This document shows, one piece after another, positions 63,001 to 64,000 of a DNA stretch of 64,000 nucleotides. The notes beneath the pieces were generated by a model that worked only from the letters and a program-made list of their open reading frames with translations, ran no database searches and had not been told where the DNA came from. Position numbers and translations under genes: made by a program. The DNA is taken from NCBI GenBank assembly GCA_964247055.1, contig OZ176052.1, positions 5,084,001 to 5,148,000 on the forward strand, in the 5' to 3' direction. The first letter of the stretch is position 1. Every line of letters begins with the position of its first letter. This DNA is from Paragordius varius. Taxonomy: Eukaryota > Animalia > Nematomorpha.

Positions 63001-64000
63001 CGGTATGGAATCTGAAACGAATTTTGACATTACTGCTACGTCTTGCGTAATGGATTCATCACAACCAGCCATAGCCAATGAATTTTCTAATCCTCCTCTC
63101 CCCTTACCCATTGCAGATCAATATGATACAATGATGTATAATCACGAGGAAACGGATGAGTTAACACGTCATATTCTGCCTCAAGAAACTCAAACAACAA
63201 TGTTTGAGGAGACAAATGGTAAATTTGGATTTGTTTTCTTAACAAATAAATTTAGCTTTTTAATGATTTACAATAACAAACTATTTTAAACCGGGTTGTT
63301 TGCATAATTAATAGAGCCTCCCCCATTTTCATAATGGGCTTTTTAAAATAGACAGTTTCCATAAAGTAATTTCTCATTCAGATTATGTTCATTCTGATTC
63401 TTATACATCATAATTTTTAAGTTGTCAAAAAATTTATTTATCTTTACCTTTATATAAATAATAATATATTTTTATACAAAAAACTGAGTTAATCAAAATT
63501 TCAATTTTATTTTTTTCACAAAAAACGATTAAGATGCGGATATTTATAATGGTGGTTATAGTAGGGGGCGGGAGGACACCTATGTAAAATGTAAATAATT
63601 TAAATAGATGGCATAATGGATCCGAATGAAGGTGAACATGATATAAAACAAAACGAAGATTCTTTGGCTATTCAGGATTTGCCTTCAACATCCTCCTCTG
63701 CATACATGTTGGCTTCTTACACCGATCAAACTGATCATGTAATTTCACCACAAGAAAATTTTGAACACATAATACAGGATACTTATAAATTTCCAGCGAA
63801 TGTCCAATCAGCTGATCAAGAAGCAAATGATGAGGAGGAGGACCCCTACATTCAATATTCTGGTATAAATTTTTTTGTTAAGTTATTAATGTCTGTGACA
63901 CATCAAGAAACCAGTTTTATTAAATTTAAGCCCTAATATATATATAAATGTTTTATAGATGATCCGAATATCGATCAGAATGCGAATAATTACAATTACT
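44543..64000 (+). CDS. TAF1: TFIID subunit 1 (TAF1), at least 34 exons, 3' end beyond the window
   Basis: TAND ([12 protein letters not shown]), DYSDI, FPQF...[28 protein letters not shown], central domain (QHATPA...[57 protein letters not shown]), [14 protein letters not shown], zinc knuckle [19 protein letters not shown] and two bromodomains (NSRIYNG, NSEIYNG). Exons 44543-44800, 44824-44940, 44963-45199, 45225-45347, 46234-46575, 47403-47496, 47812-47883, 47964-48061, 48184-48252, 48536-48849, 50066-50432, 50708-50846, 51130-51269, 51425-51625, 51826-51979, 52049-52121, 52762-52982, 53274-53405, 53825-54066, 54592-54767, 58131-58354, 58651-58716, 58896-59001, 59235-59531, 59605-59686, 60023-60234, 60902-61017, 61099-61263, 61400-61590, 61685-61866, 62229-62518, 62616-63218, 63608-63862, 63959 onward. 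Confidence 0.96.
44801..44823 (+). other. 23-nt GT-AG micro-intron (TAF1 intron 1)
   Basis: gtatagattattaaattttgtag; contains an in-frame TAG. An alternative 86-nt intron (44773-44858) would also keep frame, so this one is not strictly forced. Confidence 0.75.
44941..44962 (+). other. 22-nt GT-AG micro-intron (TAF1 intron 2)
   Basis: gttttctaaacgttattttaag. Removal gives FPQFKYNE|[12 protein letters not shown], colinear residue-for-residue with the conserved [20 protein letters not shown]. Confidence 0.92.
45200..45224 (+). other. 25-nt GT-AG micro-intron (TAF1 intron 3)
   Basis: gtaatatataattatgaaaatttag. Removal gives DDE|ILFFQP (compare DDEITMMAP) and an open exon to a donor at 45348; the unspliced frame stops at 45304. 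Confidence 0.85.
46581..46855 (-). mobile_element. 3' fragment of an RTE/BovB-like LINE with an (AACC)n tail, in TAF1 intron 5
   Basis: Encodes [41 protein letters not shown], typical of the RTE-BovB C-terminus. The tail reads (GGTT)n on plus at about 46580-46599. Flanked by GTATG at 46576-46580 and 46856-46860. Confidence 0.88.
54862..55136. mobile_element. hAT-like MITE in a TAF1 intron, next to the LINE
   Basis: Imperfect TIRs CAGTAGTTCCCA / TTGGAACCACTG; no TSD recognised. Confidence 0.6.
55273..58020 (+). mobile_element. Degenerate RTE-type non-LTR retrotransposon, 5'-truncated with an inverted 5' segment, in a TAF1 intron
   Basis: APE endonuclease motifs (PQ..., ICGDFN, DYIL) on the minus strand at about 55270-55640. 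RT motifs on the plus strand (W..S.I.PI.K.KGD, YRPL.LL, FIDL.RAFD, frameshifted YAD(D) near 57096). C-terminal RRGRP...W. 13-bp direct repeat AATATTTAACTAT at 55260-55272 and 58021-58033. Many stops and frameshifts. Confidence 0.92.
60360..60630 (-). mobile_element. Possible highly degraded LINE 3' remnant in a TAF1 intron
   Basis: Interrupted minus-strand translation (RIHIFNAAV..., KLDNF...RRQVGII) loosely resembles the post-RT C-terminal region of LINE ORF2; GC is above the local background. Confidence 0.35.

Overview
This is very AT-rich, intron-containing animal genomic DNA, not prokaryotic; no CRISPR, rRNA or convincing tRNA was seen. The Atg1 kinase has the extra residues in helix C seen in insects and nematodes ([12 protein letters not shown]), which suggests a protostome, but the species cannot be fixed from the sequence. 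Four spliced genes could be rebuilt with consistent exon phases: Atg1/ULK1 (818-12071, +, 27 exons), a class A biogenic-amine GPCR (22015-33180, +, 8 exons), a GT31 beta-1,3-galactosyltransferase (33330-37327, -, 3 exons) and TAF1 (44543 to beyond 64000, +, at least 34 exons). Introns and intergenic DNA hold hAT elements and MITEs, RTE-type LINE remnants, a foldback-like family, a roughly 157-bp satellite and (TA)n tracts. The most striking signal is seven GT-AG introns of only 22-25 nt. All lie among the first five introns of ULK1 or the first three of TAF1, and every other reconstructed intron is at least 56 nt. Other oddities: the GPCR has EQY in place of E/DRY and a roughly 165-aa second extracellular loop; an RTE LINE shows a twin-priming-type inversion; an RTE fragment appears to have duplicated a TAF1 splice donor; and orphan minus-strand exon-like segments resemble antizyme. 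All homology statements come from recalled family motifs, not database searches.
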